The notes below the pieces were generated by a model. The model was given only the letters and a program-made list of their open reading frames with translations, ran no database searches and was not told where the DNA came from. 64,000 bases of DNA from Eledone cirrhosa. Lineage: Eukaryota. The position numbers and the translations under genes are program-made. Positions 28,368 to 43,495 of this stretch are shown piece after piece (the first letter of the stretch is position 1; every line of letters starts with the position of its first letter). The stretch is taken from the NCBI GenBank assembly GCA_964016885.1, contig CAXHJY010000962.1:21682-85681 (forward strand), read 5' to 3'.

Positions 28368-30361
28368 TTATATATATATATTAAAATAATAGATTAAAGT
28401 TTAAGCGAAGAATCGCTGCTTTCACTCTTAACGGGATCTTCTGAAACTAAAAAAGAATCGATCTGTGAACGCAGAAGTAAAGATTTCGAAAAACGTTACA
28501 CACCCTATTTATATATATATACACACTATATACACAAATATACACACACGCACACACACACATATATAGCGTCATAATATCGTAATGCAGACAGCTAGGC
28601 ATACAGACAGATATTATAAGGGCGCAAAGTTATATCTATGTATCTATCTAAAAATAAAGACTAAGAATTAGAAAGATCACTAAATCGCCTAATGCGGTCC
28701 CTAGGACATTCAAAATTTAAAATTTTCTTTGCTCAAAACATTCACAGTAAAGTGTAAAGTTTGAAAACAATCGGTTGGGAGGTTCTCGAGTTTTAGGGAA
28801 TCAGACAGGCATTCTCTGTTTTAGATATATAGATAACTTTGCTCACCATTATAACCACCATCATTTTTTTTAGAAGCAGACGTCATCAATTCGACAGTGA
28901 CTGCGTCTGTGGGTTGTTCCAATGATGTTGTTCTTAAGATCAAAGTATCTCTAAGCTAACAAAAACATATTTACTCGTCAAAAGTACTTTCATATAATTG
29001 AAAGATTTTTTCCCACCAGTTTGATGTTAAAAATGTCTTTCAGGTGACTTTGCTGGATTAGATATGTCAATATGCCTGCGGTATATTATATATGATTAAA
29101 GTGAGTAAAATCAATATCTGTAACACGAAACCACAGATGGGCAGTTTAGATATCAACGAATGATGTTGGATTGTTCATTCCTTCTTCACCGAAGAGCAAC
29201 ATTTTTATAATGTCGTGGAGTATATTTGAATTTGGTAAATGTCTCTCATTCAACATGCTATAGACTGGGCAGAATCCGAAACCTCACTACGATGCGAATG
29301 ATGTACTCAGTCCATTATGTCTGATATATATGTACATTAATGTTTATATATGTATATGAATATATCTATATATATATATACAAACATAAACACACACACA
29401 CACAAACACACACATACACACATATATATATATATATACACACCATCTCTATATATATACAGACATTTATATTTATCATCATATATAAACTTTAGTGTTT
29501 ATATATGTATATATTTATATATATATATACACAAACACACACGCATATATATATATATATAATCATTTATCTGTATCATATCTATACATTAATGTTTATA
29601 TATGAACATGTATACCTTTACATACATATACAAACGCACACACACACAATATATATATACATCATATATATATATATATACATCATATATATATATTAAT
29701 GTTTACATATGAAGATGTATATCTTTACATACACACGCACACACACACACCTATATATATGTGTGTAAGTTTATATCGATGCGAGACAATTATATTTCTG
29801 CGTGATCAGTTCATTAAACACCATGTTACTGATCGATACAAATCATTGAGTTTGCGATATAATCTGTCTATTCGTTTTCGTTTTTAATTTTCTAAAACAT
29901 TCTTCACACTTCATTCACTTGTGACTTCAGCGTTTTAACCACTTACCGAAACTAAACATTAGGTATTTACTTAACGCCACTCCTCTTAATCATGCCCCGT
30001 GGCTGGCAAGTTTGAAGATTCAATGTCACTTCTACTCAAGTCACTTTCACTTAAGGACCAAAGTAATTTACAATAAAATCTTACAAAAATGTAACAATAT
30101 AAAGCAAAATCAAAACTGAAATGGTTGGATATATTCAATATCGTTGCTATTTATATTTTGAAATGTGTGTGTCCTAATGCAAATGACTATAATTATTGCC
30201 ATTCTATATAAATAATTGTTGTGAAAATCTAGTAAAGTAAATGTAGAGTAGGAAAATAGGGGACAAAAGCGCCTCCACTCTGATTACTTTTAATTCCGTC
30301 TCCAAGGGCATTTGTTCAACTGTTATTTATAGCAATCGACTAGTATTATTATGGTCATTTC

Positions 30362-30570
30362 AAGGCGGCGGGCTTGCAGTATCGGTAGATCGTCAGACAC
30401 CATACTTTGCACTATAGAGTTTCGTCCTTTTACGGTCTGAGTTCAAACGCCGTCGAGGTTAGCTTTGTCTTTACTCCTAACAGGGTTATTAAAATAAAGG
30501 ACGTGTAATGCGCTGGGTTTTATTTAATCGACTTTCCCCTCCCCTGAAAGGCCTTGTGCCTAAACAAGAA
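30362..30570 (+). mobile_element. tRNA-derived SINE, diverged
   Basis: GCAGTATCGGTAGA, GAGTTCAAACGCC, GGCCTTGTGCC. Confidence 0.8.
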
Positions 30571-30994
30571 CACTTTATCATCGCTATTCCAGTTTTCATG
30601 TAAACCGCCCCCATTTCAATCTTCTAACACTCTCAATTGCTTTGTAACTTAACCGATGTTTACATTTCTAGTTTTAAGATTTTGAAAATCATTTAAATGA
30701 GAGGAATTAATGTCCACATCTCCTTAATATAATGGTTAATGCATTCGCCTGGTAAACGAGATGCAGTGTTCGTATCCTCGAGTTGTTCGTATCAACGAGT
30801 TGTCCGTCTCTATGGGTACTATACACCTTTTCTGTGTCTTTGTCTCTTTATTTCTGTCTTTGTAAGTTTGAAAAAACAAATACAAATATATATTAATTCA
30901 AACATTTTTTCACACACACAGAAGAAACAAACTCCTGCTGACACCACCTCCATCTCTCCCGCTCTCTCCATCTCTCATTATTATGAGCAAAACA

Positions 30995-31180
30995 ACCGGT
31001 GGAGTGGCAGTATCGGTAGAGAGTTGGACGCCATGCTTTCCAGCATAGTTACGTCCCTTTACCGTCTGAGTTCAAATCCCGCCAAGGTTCACTTTGCCTT
31101 TCATCCTTACGGGGTCGATAAAATAAAGTACCAGTAATGTACTGGTGAATTGCTGGCCTTGTGCCAAAAGTAGAAACAAT
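30995..31180 (+). mobile_element. tRNA-derived SINE with 17-bp TSD
   Basis: ATTATTATGAGCAAAAC at 30977-30993 and 31179-31195. Confidence 0.92.
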
Positions 31181-32585
31181 TATTATGAGCAAAACGAGAC
31201 TCACGCGCTGGCCGCCCCACATTCCCGGCGGGCAAAGCAGATAAGGCGTTTCCCCGGAGGATGGTGGGGGATATGCGCTGGAAGAGCCATTCCACAATTT
31301 TCAATAACCCACTACTATTATATTACTTATTTACGTTGGGACACACATATTTCCTAGACTTTCCTAAAGTTTCTTAGGGACAACTTAAAAGAAAATCATT
31401 AAAAAACAAAATTCAAAATCATACTAAAAGTGATTTAACAGAATATAGGCAAGATTTTTACTTATTTATTTGTGTTTCAGCCGAGTGACTGAGGCCATGC
31501 TGGGGCACCACCCCTGTTATATAATCTTTAAGTTTGAAATGGCAGTTGATATATATTTACAGTCAATGAATCTCCATGAAAGTCGATTTACGACCCAATC
31601 ATATAATAGGTATTTCAGCGTAGCAACAGAATTGTATCTCAGTAAATATAATAGATTGATTACATACTACATTGGTATCGAACATTCTTCTCTCATGTTG
31701 CATATCGAAATATACGCATGTATGCACACATATACACACACATATGCACACATACACACAGATGCACACATACACACAGATGCGCACACACACACACAGA
31801 TACACGCACATACATACATATATATATATATATATGTATATATATGAATATGTAATTATTTATAAGTGGATATGTGTGTGTGAGTATGTGTGTGTATGTG
31901 TGTATATTTGTCTGTATTTGTGTGTGTGAGGGCGTGCGTGGGTGTATCTATGTGTGAGTCAATGTCAGTTTCTATCTGTGCAACTATTAGTGTATGTTTG
32001 TATACGTGTGTGAGTAATTGTGTGTGTTTGTGTATGTATGTGTGGGGGTGGGTGGGTGGGGGGTTGTATATGTGTGTGAGTGTGTGTGTGTGTATATGTG
32101 TGTATGCATGTGAGTGTGTGTCCATGTGTGTGTGTGTGTATCTTGAGTTAGAGGGAACTTTAGACTTCTCGTTGTAAACTTTCTTTTTTTCTAACAAGGA
32201 AGCAACAATTGTTTAATGTGCTAGGAATGAAGAATTATCTCCTTTCTCTGTATAAAATGCTTGAGGGATTTATTGAACCGTCATCAGAATATGAAACGAT
32301 CGAAAGAAATATACTTCATATAGAAAATAGAACGTTTATTTTGTTCGAAGTTGTACTGATTCTGTCCCTTCATTTCCCTCATAGGGGTCAGATCATACAA
32401 AAACTAAAAACTAACATTCTACACACATACATTGACAGTTTCATATATACATATATATATATATTTAAAGGTTAAACAAGGTTCAATCAATAAATCAAAG
32501 AATGAGTTTTACAATAGATTGGAAGCATTCAACAGTTTTGTTTTCCGGAGTTATTAATATTAATTCAAAATATTAACAAAAATAG

Positions 32586-32850
32586 ACATTCGTGTGATCA
32601 AGTATATTTTATTATACATATTTCAGAGGTACTGAGCTATCTTCAACAGTACGTCCTCCTCAGATAAAATAAGATGATGCATGACATACGCTGACTTAGT
32701 AGATGGTTAAGATTCAGAAGATGATGCATGACATACCCTGACTTAGTATGTTATGCATCATCTTATTTTATCTGATGAGGACGTACTGTTGAAGATAGCT
32801 CAGTACCTCTGAAATATGTATAATAAAATATACTTGATCACACGAATGTG
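32586..32850. repeat. Fold-back element with two intact-core HHRs
   Basis: + arm 32764-32830: tattttat CTGATGA ggacgtactg..cagtacctct GAAA tatgt ATA ataaaata; - arm 32605-32671 with CTGAGGA. Confidence 0.9.
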
Positions 32851-33076
32851 TATATATATATATATCGAAATGAATCCATACACACGTGCACTTTCTCAAA
32901 TTTTTCTTTTCCTTCCCTTTTCTTCTCTCACTCTATCTTCCTGTTTCACATTCTATTTATCATTCTAGCTTGTAAGGAAGGCATAGGGTCCGAAACGTAA
33001 ATATTTTCTTTCTACAGCAGGTATTAATATATTCCTTCATTGCATTGTTTTCTTTGCTTTGCTGTTTCCGTTTACC

Positions 33077-33111
<35 letters not shown>

Positions 33112-33123
33112 CACATACATAAT

Positions 33124-33161
<38 letters not shown>

Positions 33162-33257
33162 TTGTTCAATGAAAAAAAGTTTGTTGATTTAGAATCAGCC
33201 GACTTATACATAACAGATATCAACGGTAAATGTTTAACCGGAGTTTTATTATAATAA

Positions 33258-33563
33258 TAATTGTTTCTACTTTTGGCACAAGGCCAGCTATTACCCCAGT
33301 GCATTACTGGTACTTTATGTTATCGACCCCGTAAGGATGAAAGGCCAAGTAAACATCGGCGGGATTTGAACTCAGAATGGAAAGGGCCGTAACTCTATGC
33401 GTCAAATCATGACGTCCGACTCTCTACCGATACTGCCAATCCACCGCCCATTATAATAATCGTTTCTACTTTAGGCACAAGACCAGCAAATCACCCAGTA
33501 CATTACTGGTACCTTATTTTATCGACCCCGTAAGGATGAAAGGCAAAGTTAACCTCGGAGGGA
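33258..33563 (-). mobile_element. Two tandem SINE copies (one full, one 5'-truncated)
   Basis: Reverse complement of the SINE consensus. Confidence 0.88.
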
Positions 33564-33613
33564 TTAACCGCCCATTATAATAATTAACCGCCCATTATAT
33601 AAATAAACTAAAC

Positions 33614-34184
33614 ACAGTTACTTTAGAGCCTAAAGTTTAGACCATCCCAATTTGTTTGATTATACGCATTTCGAAGATGCAAGGCTTATGTATAGCACAA
33701 GCCAAAACATGTTCTCTTCAGACAAAATCCACTGGAGATGTAGAAGTCATTTGATATGCAGGCAGTCAGACGAGCTGTTCACATCTGTAGCCAACAAGCA
33801 TATGAGATAGAAAAAAACTCAAGAGTGGGAGAAATATTACAGTTGGTTTTGACGTTTTCAAACTGGCGATAGAATGACGACTTTAGTTAGGTAAAAAAAG
33901 AATACAAACAAAAACTAATATTAACCGTTAAGCTATTTATTTATAACTTAAGTTAGATTAAATTAGATACTATACTAAAAAATTCATATATTGGAAGATG
34001 CAAACTAATAATGTAACTATATAATAAAGAAAAATTATAAATTACTGATTTGGTAGTTTATGAATACAATATAATTTAGTTGATATTTGTCTGAAGAGAA
34101 CATGTTTTGACTTATGTTATACATTAGCCTTACATCTTCGAAATACGTATAATAAAATAAATTGGGATGGACTAAAGTAACTGT
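33614..34184. repeat. Inverted-repeat element (~350-bp spacer) with an HHR in each arm
   Basis: + arm 34086-34156: tttgt CTGAAGA gaacatgt..acatcttc GAAA tacgt ATA ataaa; - arm 33656-33726. Confidence 0.85.
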
Positions 34185-34210
34185 CTTTTGTTTATTATTA
34201 TTACAATTAT

Positions 34211-34398
34211 AGGGCGGTGGATTGGCAGTATCGGTAGAGGGTCGGGCACCATGCTTTGCAGCACAGTGTCGTCCCATTACGGACTGAGTTCAAATCCCGC
34301 CGAGGTTAACTTTGCCTTTCATCCGTGCGGGCTCGATAAAATAAAGTACCAGTAATGTACTGGGATAATTGCTGGCCTTGTGCAAAAAGTAGAAAAAA
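34211..34398 (+). mobile_element. tRNA-derived SINE with 17-bp TSD
   Basis: ATTATTATTACAATTAT at 34194-34210 and 34398-34414. Confidence 0.92.
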
Positions 34399-34414
34399 TT
34401 ATTATTACAATTAT

Positions 34415-34467
<53 letters not shown>

Positions 34468-34503
34468 TACACAATAATCAAAGCTATGTTCAAATCACTT
34501 TAT

Positions 34504-34551
34504 TGCTGACAATCGTTTCTTCTAAAACTTTGGTTTGGAATCATCGGAGCA
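34504..34551 (-). ncRNA. Hammerhead-like motif with CCGAUGA core variant
   Basis: rc: tgct CCGATGA ttccaaaccaaagttttagaa GAAAC gatt GTC agca. Confidence 0.6.
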
Positions 34552-34643
34552 CTAGGAATGTTTGTACATATAATTAACCTCCTATTCAACTGACTTTTCC
34601 TGTTTATGGTTGTATATAGTGTATACATAACTTTAATTATTAT

Positions 34644-34702
<59 letters not shown>

Positions 34703-34983
34703 CAGGATTTTTGACTAGAGCACTTGGTCTGTATTATGAAAGAGAATGGTAGTCGATAATATCACCACATCAGCAATTATCTCAAGGATAATCAATCATC
34801 AAAATATGTAATATGTTATCGAACATCGATAGAATTGAAATTCCGAAATAAACTGCCCTTCGTTAAAAACTGCACGCCATTTTGTTTTGCCCTACCATTT
34901 CTGTGCATACAAAATCAATTACCGTAGGTGAGTATACGAAATCCTTTAATATACTTTTACTTATAATAATCATACAGTAATGA

Positions 34984-35029
<46 letters not shown>

Positions 35030-35070
35030 GATATATTAACAAATGGAAACTATATTTATAAAACCATATT

Positions 35071-35135
35071 TATTTCATTATACATATTTCAAGGACACCA
35101 AGTTAAATTGTGGTGCGCTTTCATCAGATAAAATA
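35071..35135 (-). ncRNA. Hammerhead ribozyme (type I), AUA site
   Basis: rc: tattttat CTGATGA aagcgcacca..tggtgtcctt GAAA tatgt ATA atgaaata; same family as 10515 and 48150. Confidence 0.8.
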
Positions 35136-35283
35136 TAATATAGATCAGTTTTATAAATAAATATTGACATACCCTTAGAGAATGCAACCATTTCTGTTGG
35201 AAGCTCCCATTTTACCCCAATAATTTGTTGAGTGCTTTATATCAATTATAAAAATATTTCCTTGTTGCATCCCAACAATATAA

Positions 35284-35345
<62 letters not shown>

Positions 35346-35545
35346 ATAAATTCAGGCTTACACAATACAATGTAAACAGTGTATTATAGTGTAAAATAAC
35401 AACTCAGCGGTAATGATGTATGTTTACAAGTCTAGATATAACCCACTCTCTTGTTTTCTCTCTCTATATATAAAGATAAACCAATATATATATATATATA
35501 ACTCACAAATAGTGTATCACTCTAAATTGCTGAATACAATAAGTG

Positions 35546-36062
<517 letters not shown>

Positions 36063-36166
36063 AAGGGTTAAAATACTGGAGCGTGTTGGAGTTAAACACC
36101 CTCTTCGTATTATAGAAATGACAGTAAAAGGTATAGCTCAATGTAGTTAAACAGAGCCGAAAAATT

Positions 36167-37318
36167 GAGAGAGTAAAACAAAGAAGCCTTCAATACATCA
36201 AAAGTCTTTATTAGCTGACAATGTTTCGTCCTATTAAGGACTCATCGGGTCAATTAAAACAACAAGAAGTAATATCGGCAGATACAAGCCGGAAGCTCCG
36301 AAGAATATGGAGTGTACATACACTAATGTATTGCAAAAATATACAATAAAAATAATAAACATATATAATAAAAATTACTAAGGATGTATATAACATTAAG
36401 AACCATATTACAGATATAGTCCAAAGCAAAAAAAAACTAGAGCTAAACAAAGGTGGTTATATAGAGCAGGAATTATATATAATACAATGTAATATAATAT
36501 AATATACCTTTACCAACATTAAAATTACAATAAAAATCAAAAGGTACAATATGTATATATGTGCGCACACGTACACACACATACACATACAACAATAAAC
36601 ACATCCATCTTCAACTGCACAAATTAAACCTTATTAAGAGTTTGATTATAAAAATAAGCATGATAGGAATGAAAATAATAATAATAATAATACTAATACA
36701 TCTACCCAATATACATGAGGTAATAATATGATATAATTATAAGTAGCACATATAATAAATAATAAACAATACAATTATATACTATATAATACAATATAAT
36801 AGAATAGATAATCTCCGGTTAATTTACATAAACAATATAGATGTCACAATAATAATATAATAATAATATACTAACATTTATAATATACAATATACTAACA
36901 TTTATAATAAACAATATATAATTGTACTCAAGTTAACATTATATATATATTATATTATATATATATTACATTATATGTATATTATATTATATTACATTGT
37001 ATAATATATATAATTCCTGCTCTATATAACCACCTTTGTTTAGCTCTAGGTTTTTTTTGCTTTGGACTATATTTGTAATATGGTTCTTAATTTTATATAC
37101 ATCCTTAGTAATTTTTATTATATATTTTTATTATTTTTATTATATATTTTTGCAATACTTTAGTGTATGTACACTCCATATTCTTCGGAGCTTCCGGCTT
37201 GTATCTGCCGATATTACTTCTTGTTGTTTTAATTGCCCTGATGAGTACTTAATAGGACGAAACACTGTCGGCTAATAAAGACTTTTGATGTATTGAAGGC
37301 TTCTTTGTTTTACTCTCT
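36167..37318. repeat. Inverted-repeat element (~330-bp arms) with an HHR in each arm
   Basis: + arm 37231-37276: gcc CTGATGA gtacttaataggac GAAAC act GTC ggc; - arm 36211-36255 has CCGATGA; lies between two (TA)n tracts. Confidence 0.9.
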
Positions 37319-37319
37319 T

Positions 37320-37471
37320 AATATATATTTATATATATATTTATATATATATATTTATAATTATTTATATATATATATTTATATATTATTTATATATATT
37401 TATATATATATATATTTATATATATATATATATTTATATATTATTTATATATATTTATATATATATATATT

Positions 37472-37536
<65 letters not shown>

Positions 37537-37919
37537 GTATATATACATATTTATATATATATATACATATTTATATATATATATTTATATGTATATATAC
37601 ATATTTATATATATATATTTATATGTATATATACATATTTATATATATATATTTATATATACATATTTATATATATATATTTATATGTATATATACATAT
37701 TTATATATATATATTTATATGTATATATACATATTTATATATATATATTTATATGTATATATACATATTTATATATATATATTTATATGTATATATACAT
37801 ATTTACATATATATATTTATATGTGTATATACATATTTATATATATATATTTATATGTATATATACATATTTATATATATATATTTATATGTATATATAC
37901 ATATTTATATATATATATT

Positions 37920-37987
<68 letters not shown>

Positions 37988-38001
37988 TATATATATATAT
38001 T

Positions 38002-38070
<69 letters not shown>

Positions 38071-38225
38071 ATACATATTTATATATATATATATACATAT
38101 TTATATATATATATTTATATATATATATATTTATATATATATATATTTATATATATATATTTATATATATATATATTTATATATATATATTTATATATAT
38201 ATATATACATATTTATATATATATA

Positions 38226-38266
<41 letters not shown>

Positions 38267-38281
38267 TTATATATATTTATA

Positions 38282-38312
<31 letters not shown>

Positions 38313-38540
38313 ATATGTATATTTATATATATATATTTATATATATGTATATTTATATATATGTATATTTATATATATATATTTATATATATGTATATTT
38401 ATATATATTTATATATATGTATATTTATATATATATATATTTATATATATGTATATTTATATATATTTATATATATGTATATTTATATATATATATTTAT
38501 ATTTATATATATTTATATATAATTATATATATATATATAA
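37320..38540. repeat. TA-rich microsatellite/minisatellite
   Basis: (TA)n with recurring TTTATATGTATATATACATA units. Confidence 0.97.
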
Positions 38541-38697
38541 TATTAAGCATACTATTTATGGTTATGTATATACTAAAACTTTTTATAGTTATATATATTT
38601 TAAACCATAAACAATGAAGGTCAGTAATTTATTACTACCTTATTACCAGTAAGATAAATAGCTCAATGTAATAACATCAGTTGTTCTACAGAGCAGT

Positions 38698-39338
38698 TAT
38701 ATAGAATTCACAAGAATCAAAGTTATGTTCAAAGCATTTATTCACTTACAATTGTTCCATCCAAACCTAGGCTTGGAGTCTTCGGAGCATTTTTAAATGT
38801 TTGTACACAAAATTGACCTCCTTTCCAACGCAAGAGACATATAGATACGTATGTATATATTGATGTACAGTGGTGTGACATATATTATACTATATTATTT
38901 CTGTATATCAATTCAAATTCAAAATCAAAACCAAAATTAAGATTAAAACAAAATTAAAACAAAAATTAAAATACATTCGGCAGTTAACATAGATAATGCA
39001 AGAGGATAGTTTGTTAGTCATATGTAGTAGTTAGTGTATGCGTTAGTTTACGTGGGGCTGCACGTGTGTCTCATTTATATATGATTATTGTGTGGCAGGG
39101 TGCTACATGTAATACAAGCACTTTAAGCGTGTAAGTAAGAGTATTATGGAGGTTGTAGTGATAAGGTATCTTTTGTATATAATAAAAAAGTATGTGTGCA
39201 GAAAAACAAAAATAAAAAGGAGAAGCAAAAGAAAGTTATGATTTTCGTAATCGAAGACTCCAAGCCTAGGTTTGGATGAAACAATTGTAAGTGAATAAAT
39301 GCTTTGAACATAGCTTTGATTCTTGTGAATTCTATATA
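38698..39338. repeat. Inverted-repeat element with HHR-like arms (CGAAGA core variant)
   Basis: 38698-38786 inverted at 39252-39338; CCGAAGA ctccaagcctaggtttggat G(A/G)AAC aatt GTA; same family as ~34465-34600. Confidence 0.8.
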
Positions 39339-39619
39339 TAATAATATATATATATATATATAATGATCGTTGTATAGACGAGTTTGAATATAATTGCATG
39401 TGTATTAACTGGTGTGAAATGTATTTTGTAAAACAAACGCCATTTCATATCTTCCCAAAAAATAAATCTGAACACATCGAAAAAAAAAACAAAAAAAAAA
39501 CGAATTGTTTGTATGATAACGAGTTTGTAATTGTGTATGACTTAAACCACTTTTTAACATAAAAACCTATTATAACACTTTAGACATGAGTAGTTCTGGT
39601 AGTAGGCGGCATCTTGATG

Positions 39620-40700
39620 GTTTTTCCGCTGCAAATTAAGCCTACCAACTTCCGTCTTGGAGTTTAGATACATGTACGGTAAGTATAAACCTAGCGAAAT
39701 GCTAATTAATCCCCTGAGACATAGTCGGCAGTTCGTCATTCTATTCATGTAATACCTGGACATCTTGAGTTCTTTTCATGTCATATCATGCAATACACTT
39801 TTTTTTCTATTAGCTGCTAGACACATTTTGCCAGCACTATGGTAAATTTGCCAGCACTATGGTAATTTTCATGGGATGTCTAGATGTGGAGAGTTGCAAG
39901 TATAACTTTTACATAGATCGGTACTGTACCATACCTACATATTTTCCATAGGTTTCAGCCTGGTTGGTATTTGTGTACTTGGATCTCTGCCTCGTAAAAT
40001 ATGGACTTTACTTTATAATTTTGTTGTAATTGACAATTGTTTTTTTCCTGGAAGAGCATCCTGGATTCACATCTGTGATGATGTTTGTGGCCATCTTGTA
40101 TTTCATTTATGTTGGACAGGAATAAGATATCCGCCACACTGGGCAAATGAAGGTCTTACTGTACAGTCGTTGTGGGACAATGTGTTTATCAATTAAGTCA
40201 AAGTGAATATGAAGGGGCGAACCAGATTATATTTTATTAGGTGGATGTTTATTGGGCATTACTTCTCGGAGTCCACTATCCTGGGGAGCTTTGTTATAGT
40301 ATGGTGCTGCATTCTCATATATTTCTCTATTAAATGGTAAGTTCGAGATTATACGACGAATATTAGGCACCATATTAATAAAATGCGTAGGAGGGAAGCA
40401 GAATCCTCTATGGGCATATTTTGACCTCTCAATAGTCTTATAGTATGGTTTATGTGTGACTGTCAATAGGTATATGTTGATGCCAAGAAAGTGTGCGCTA
40501 GTGAAGTTCGTGTCTACTCTGATCGTAAGTCCTAGGGGGCCAAAGGTTTCTATTAAATCCTTTCTTAACCTGCCAAGCAAGTGTCTAAACCCTAAGACCG
40601 AAGCTTGTAGACATTGTTTACATAAAAAAGCTATCTCCTGTCCAACTGGAAATCCGAACCACAAGCTGTCCCCTCACCAGACCTGCTAAATCCTCCATGA
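39620..40700 (-). mobile_element. Decayed Penelope/Poseidon-like PLE (RT thumb + GIY-YIG)
   Basis: LRKDLIETFGPLGLTIRVDTN..HFLGINI..HKPYYK..FPPTH..NAAPYYNKA; CRLCL; flanked by an inverted repeat (~39400-39480 / ~40938-41010). Confidence 0.75.
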
Positions 40701-42239
40701 ATCTATTTATCTATCACCTATTTTCGCACAAAATGTACACAAATATCACATGCCCATACACTCGCATACAAAGTATACATTACCTTACAAAGCTCCTCAC
40801 ATATCTTTGAAATGTTCAGAGTTTTAACAATTTTGTTTAGAAAAATGTTGAAATAGTTATTTACATTAAAAAGTCGTTTAAGCCTTGGAAGATTATATTA
40901 CACACTAGCTAAGCCCACATAATTCCATTTTTATTTGGGTGTTCAGATTTAATGTTTTAGGGAACTATATGAAATGGTTTAGGTTTTACAAAATATATTT
41001 CACAACAGGTAACAAACATAATCATATTCAAACCTGACTATACAACCATCAATATGCGTTAAATTGTTTGTATAAAAATGCTGGAATAGGTGTCTTACAA
41101 ATCACATTGCACACTAGCTAAGATATAGAATTCTATATTTGAGTGTTCAGATATTGAATTTTAGGAATCTCTTAGATACGATTTAATTTTTTGCAGAATA
41201 AAATACAAAGTAACACTCAACAGTTATATGAAAACCTGATTGTACAACTTTAAAACATAAAAAAAGAAAATTATTTCCCACTAAGAATTATCTCCCATGG
41301 TTTTTTAAGGACAAAGAGACTACAATTTCCGTTTGTAAAGAACTCCTTTAAATACTTTAATAAAAAAAAAATTAGATTACAATTCAAGTCACGCGTAAAT
41401 TACCCCAAAACGTTAACTTTTAACTTAAGTCATGCAAATACTACACATGCACACAGATTAACTTTTAACTTAAGTCATGTATATATTAACCACCCACACG
41501 TTTCAAAGATTCTAGCCCCTAGCATTCGAATGTTGTTTTGAGAACTGCCTCTCTTCTTGAAAACGAGCTCTCCACGGGAAAAATACAAAAAAACAACAAC
41601 ATATTTTGTGGGCTAACGGCTTTTCTTGTGATATTGATCTTGCACAAGATGTTCCTCTAAGTACAACTGTGGCCATAACTGAAACCCAAATCCTTAGGTC
41701 GCGTATACGTCTTAAGTATATGAAATTTAAATATACTATATGCACATACATACATAAACGCATACATCCACATATACACACATACATACATACACATATA
41801 CCTGCATATATATATATATAGCGAGAGAGGGTAGATCCCAGTAAAGTTCTCAAAAGAAGAATTCACAAGCAGAATTCCCTTGGGATACACTCCCATTTAA
41901 GCAATCTAAACGTAGGAAACCTGACTTCTGGTCAGGTTTCCAATGGTCTGCCTATAGAAAGAAACAAACACACACCACATCATTTTCACTTATCTTTAGT
42001 GTTCCTTATTCATTTGTTTATCAGTTATTTCATCACACATCCTGTTACCTCCTCAAGGATTAAGGTTTGTGCCTCCTCTTTTTCCTGGTCTTAAACTTCT
42101 ACTCCATCTTGTATTTGTTTGTTTCGTGTCTGCGCCTTCGTTTGCATCTGTGTGAGTGTGTATGTCAAGCTTACATACGTTTTATGTGTGTGTGGGTTTG
42201 TATTGTTTACTGTTTTGTAATGTGTGTCTTAGTATTGAC

Positions 42240-42330
42240 ACTATTGGCAACATGACCTCCCCACAAATATAACAATATCGGTTTCAACACACGATTTCAC
42301 AACAATAATCTTACAAAACAAATACAAATA
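42240..42330 (+). mobile_element. PLE family A-related pLTR fragment
   Basis: TATTGGCAACATGACC..TATAACAATATCGGTTTCAACACACG shared with ~10040 and ~20425. Confidence 0.75.
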
Positions 42331-42422
42331 AGTGTGTATATAGACAGAGTGTCTCACAAAGATGTAGACACTTCCATAGAAGCATTCTAATAAAAGTGTG
42401 TATATATATTAGGAGGGAAACC

Positions 42423-42489
<67 letters not shown>

Positions 42490-42595
42490 CGTGTGTGAGA
42501 TGTCAACATGAATGGACCTGTTATTTTTATCTAAAGACATTTTCTTCTAATTCCAACCCGCCCATCCCCTCAATCTATCTTATTTCTCATTCTTT

Positions 42596-42629
42596 CTTCT
42601 GATGAAGGACTAGCGTCCGAAACGTCAGG
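42596..42629 (+). ncRNA. Minimal hammerhead ribozyme (type I), GUC site
   Basis: ctt CTGATGA aggac-tagc-gtcc GAAAC GTC agg; stem III reduced to palindromic ACGT. Confidence 0.75.
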
Positions 42630-42796
42630 CCCTCTTCCTGCTATATCAAGCGTTAACCTAATATATCCCCTCCATATATTGTACCGATTGTGTTGTTATT
42701 TCGATTAACCTTTTACACACACACATATATATATATATGTGTGTGTATATATATAAATATGTATACTTATATTTATCTATATATATTGTATGTATA

Positions 42797-42892
<96 letters not shown>

Positions 42893-42919
42893 TAAATATA
42901 CATGGGTGTATAGAAGATT

Positions 42920-43305
42920 ATATTAATAAAAGGAATTCCAACTTTGTTTGATTAATAGTTTTATTTACCATCCTTTAACATTTATAATGGTATTAGAATG
43001 AAATAGTATGGTAGAATATTAAATGTTAAGTGTTAATTGAACAAGTACTTTCATGCTTTCGCAATCTTCAGGTTCACATTCTGTGGTGACAGTCAAGTTT
43101 GCAATTTTCACAGTTGAAAATTGCAAACTTGACTGTCACCACACTTTATGAACCTGAAGATTGCGAAAGCATGAAAGTACTTGTTCAATTAACCCTTAAC
43201 ATTTAATATTCTATCATACTATTTCATTCTAATACCATTATAAATGTTAAAGGATTGTAAATAAAACTATTAATCAAACAAAGTTGGAATTCCTTTTATT
43301 AATAT
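42920..43305. repeat. Fold-back element (4-nt loop) with two intact-core HHRs
   Basis: + arm 43149-43187: tgaac CTGAAGA ttgc-gaaa-gcat GAAAG ta CTT gttca; identical motif on - strand at 43038-43076; loop 43111-43114. Confidence 0.92.
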
Positions 43306-43390
43306 ATATATATATATAGATATATATATGTATATTTATATATATATGTGTGTATATATATAAATATGTGTACTTATATTTATCTATATA

Positions 43391-43438
<48 letters not shown>

Positions 43439-43495
43439 TATCCAATATGTAAACATTCCATAAAATAGGAATTGTATATAATGCCAAACAACTTT

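Larger units (their letters stand above)
26795..28835 (+). mobile_element. Possible non-autonomous Helitron/Helentron-type (DINE-1/Lep1-like) element split by nested insertions
   Basis: 5' ACTAGCAG..CCCGGCGTTGCTCGGG at ~26797; 3' AAGTTTGAAAACAATCGGTTGGGAGGTTCTCGAG..CAGACAG..TATATAGAT at ~28757-28835; linkage of the two ends is inferred. Confidence 0.4.

Noticed and set aside
41512-41853. Minus-strand ORF/exon RIRDLRIWVSVMATVV...
   Set aside because: Weak AAG acceptor, no donor, no recognisable homology
41916-41942. Hairpin GGAAACCTGAC-ttctg-GTCAGGTTTCC as terminator or ribozyme
   Set aside because: No U-tract or HHR core; intrinsic terminators are not relevant in this eukaryotic context
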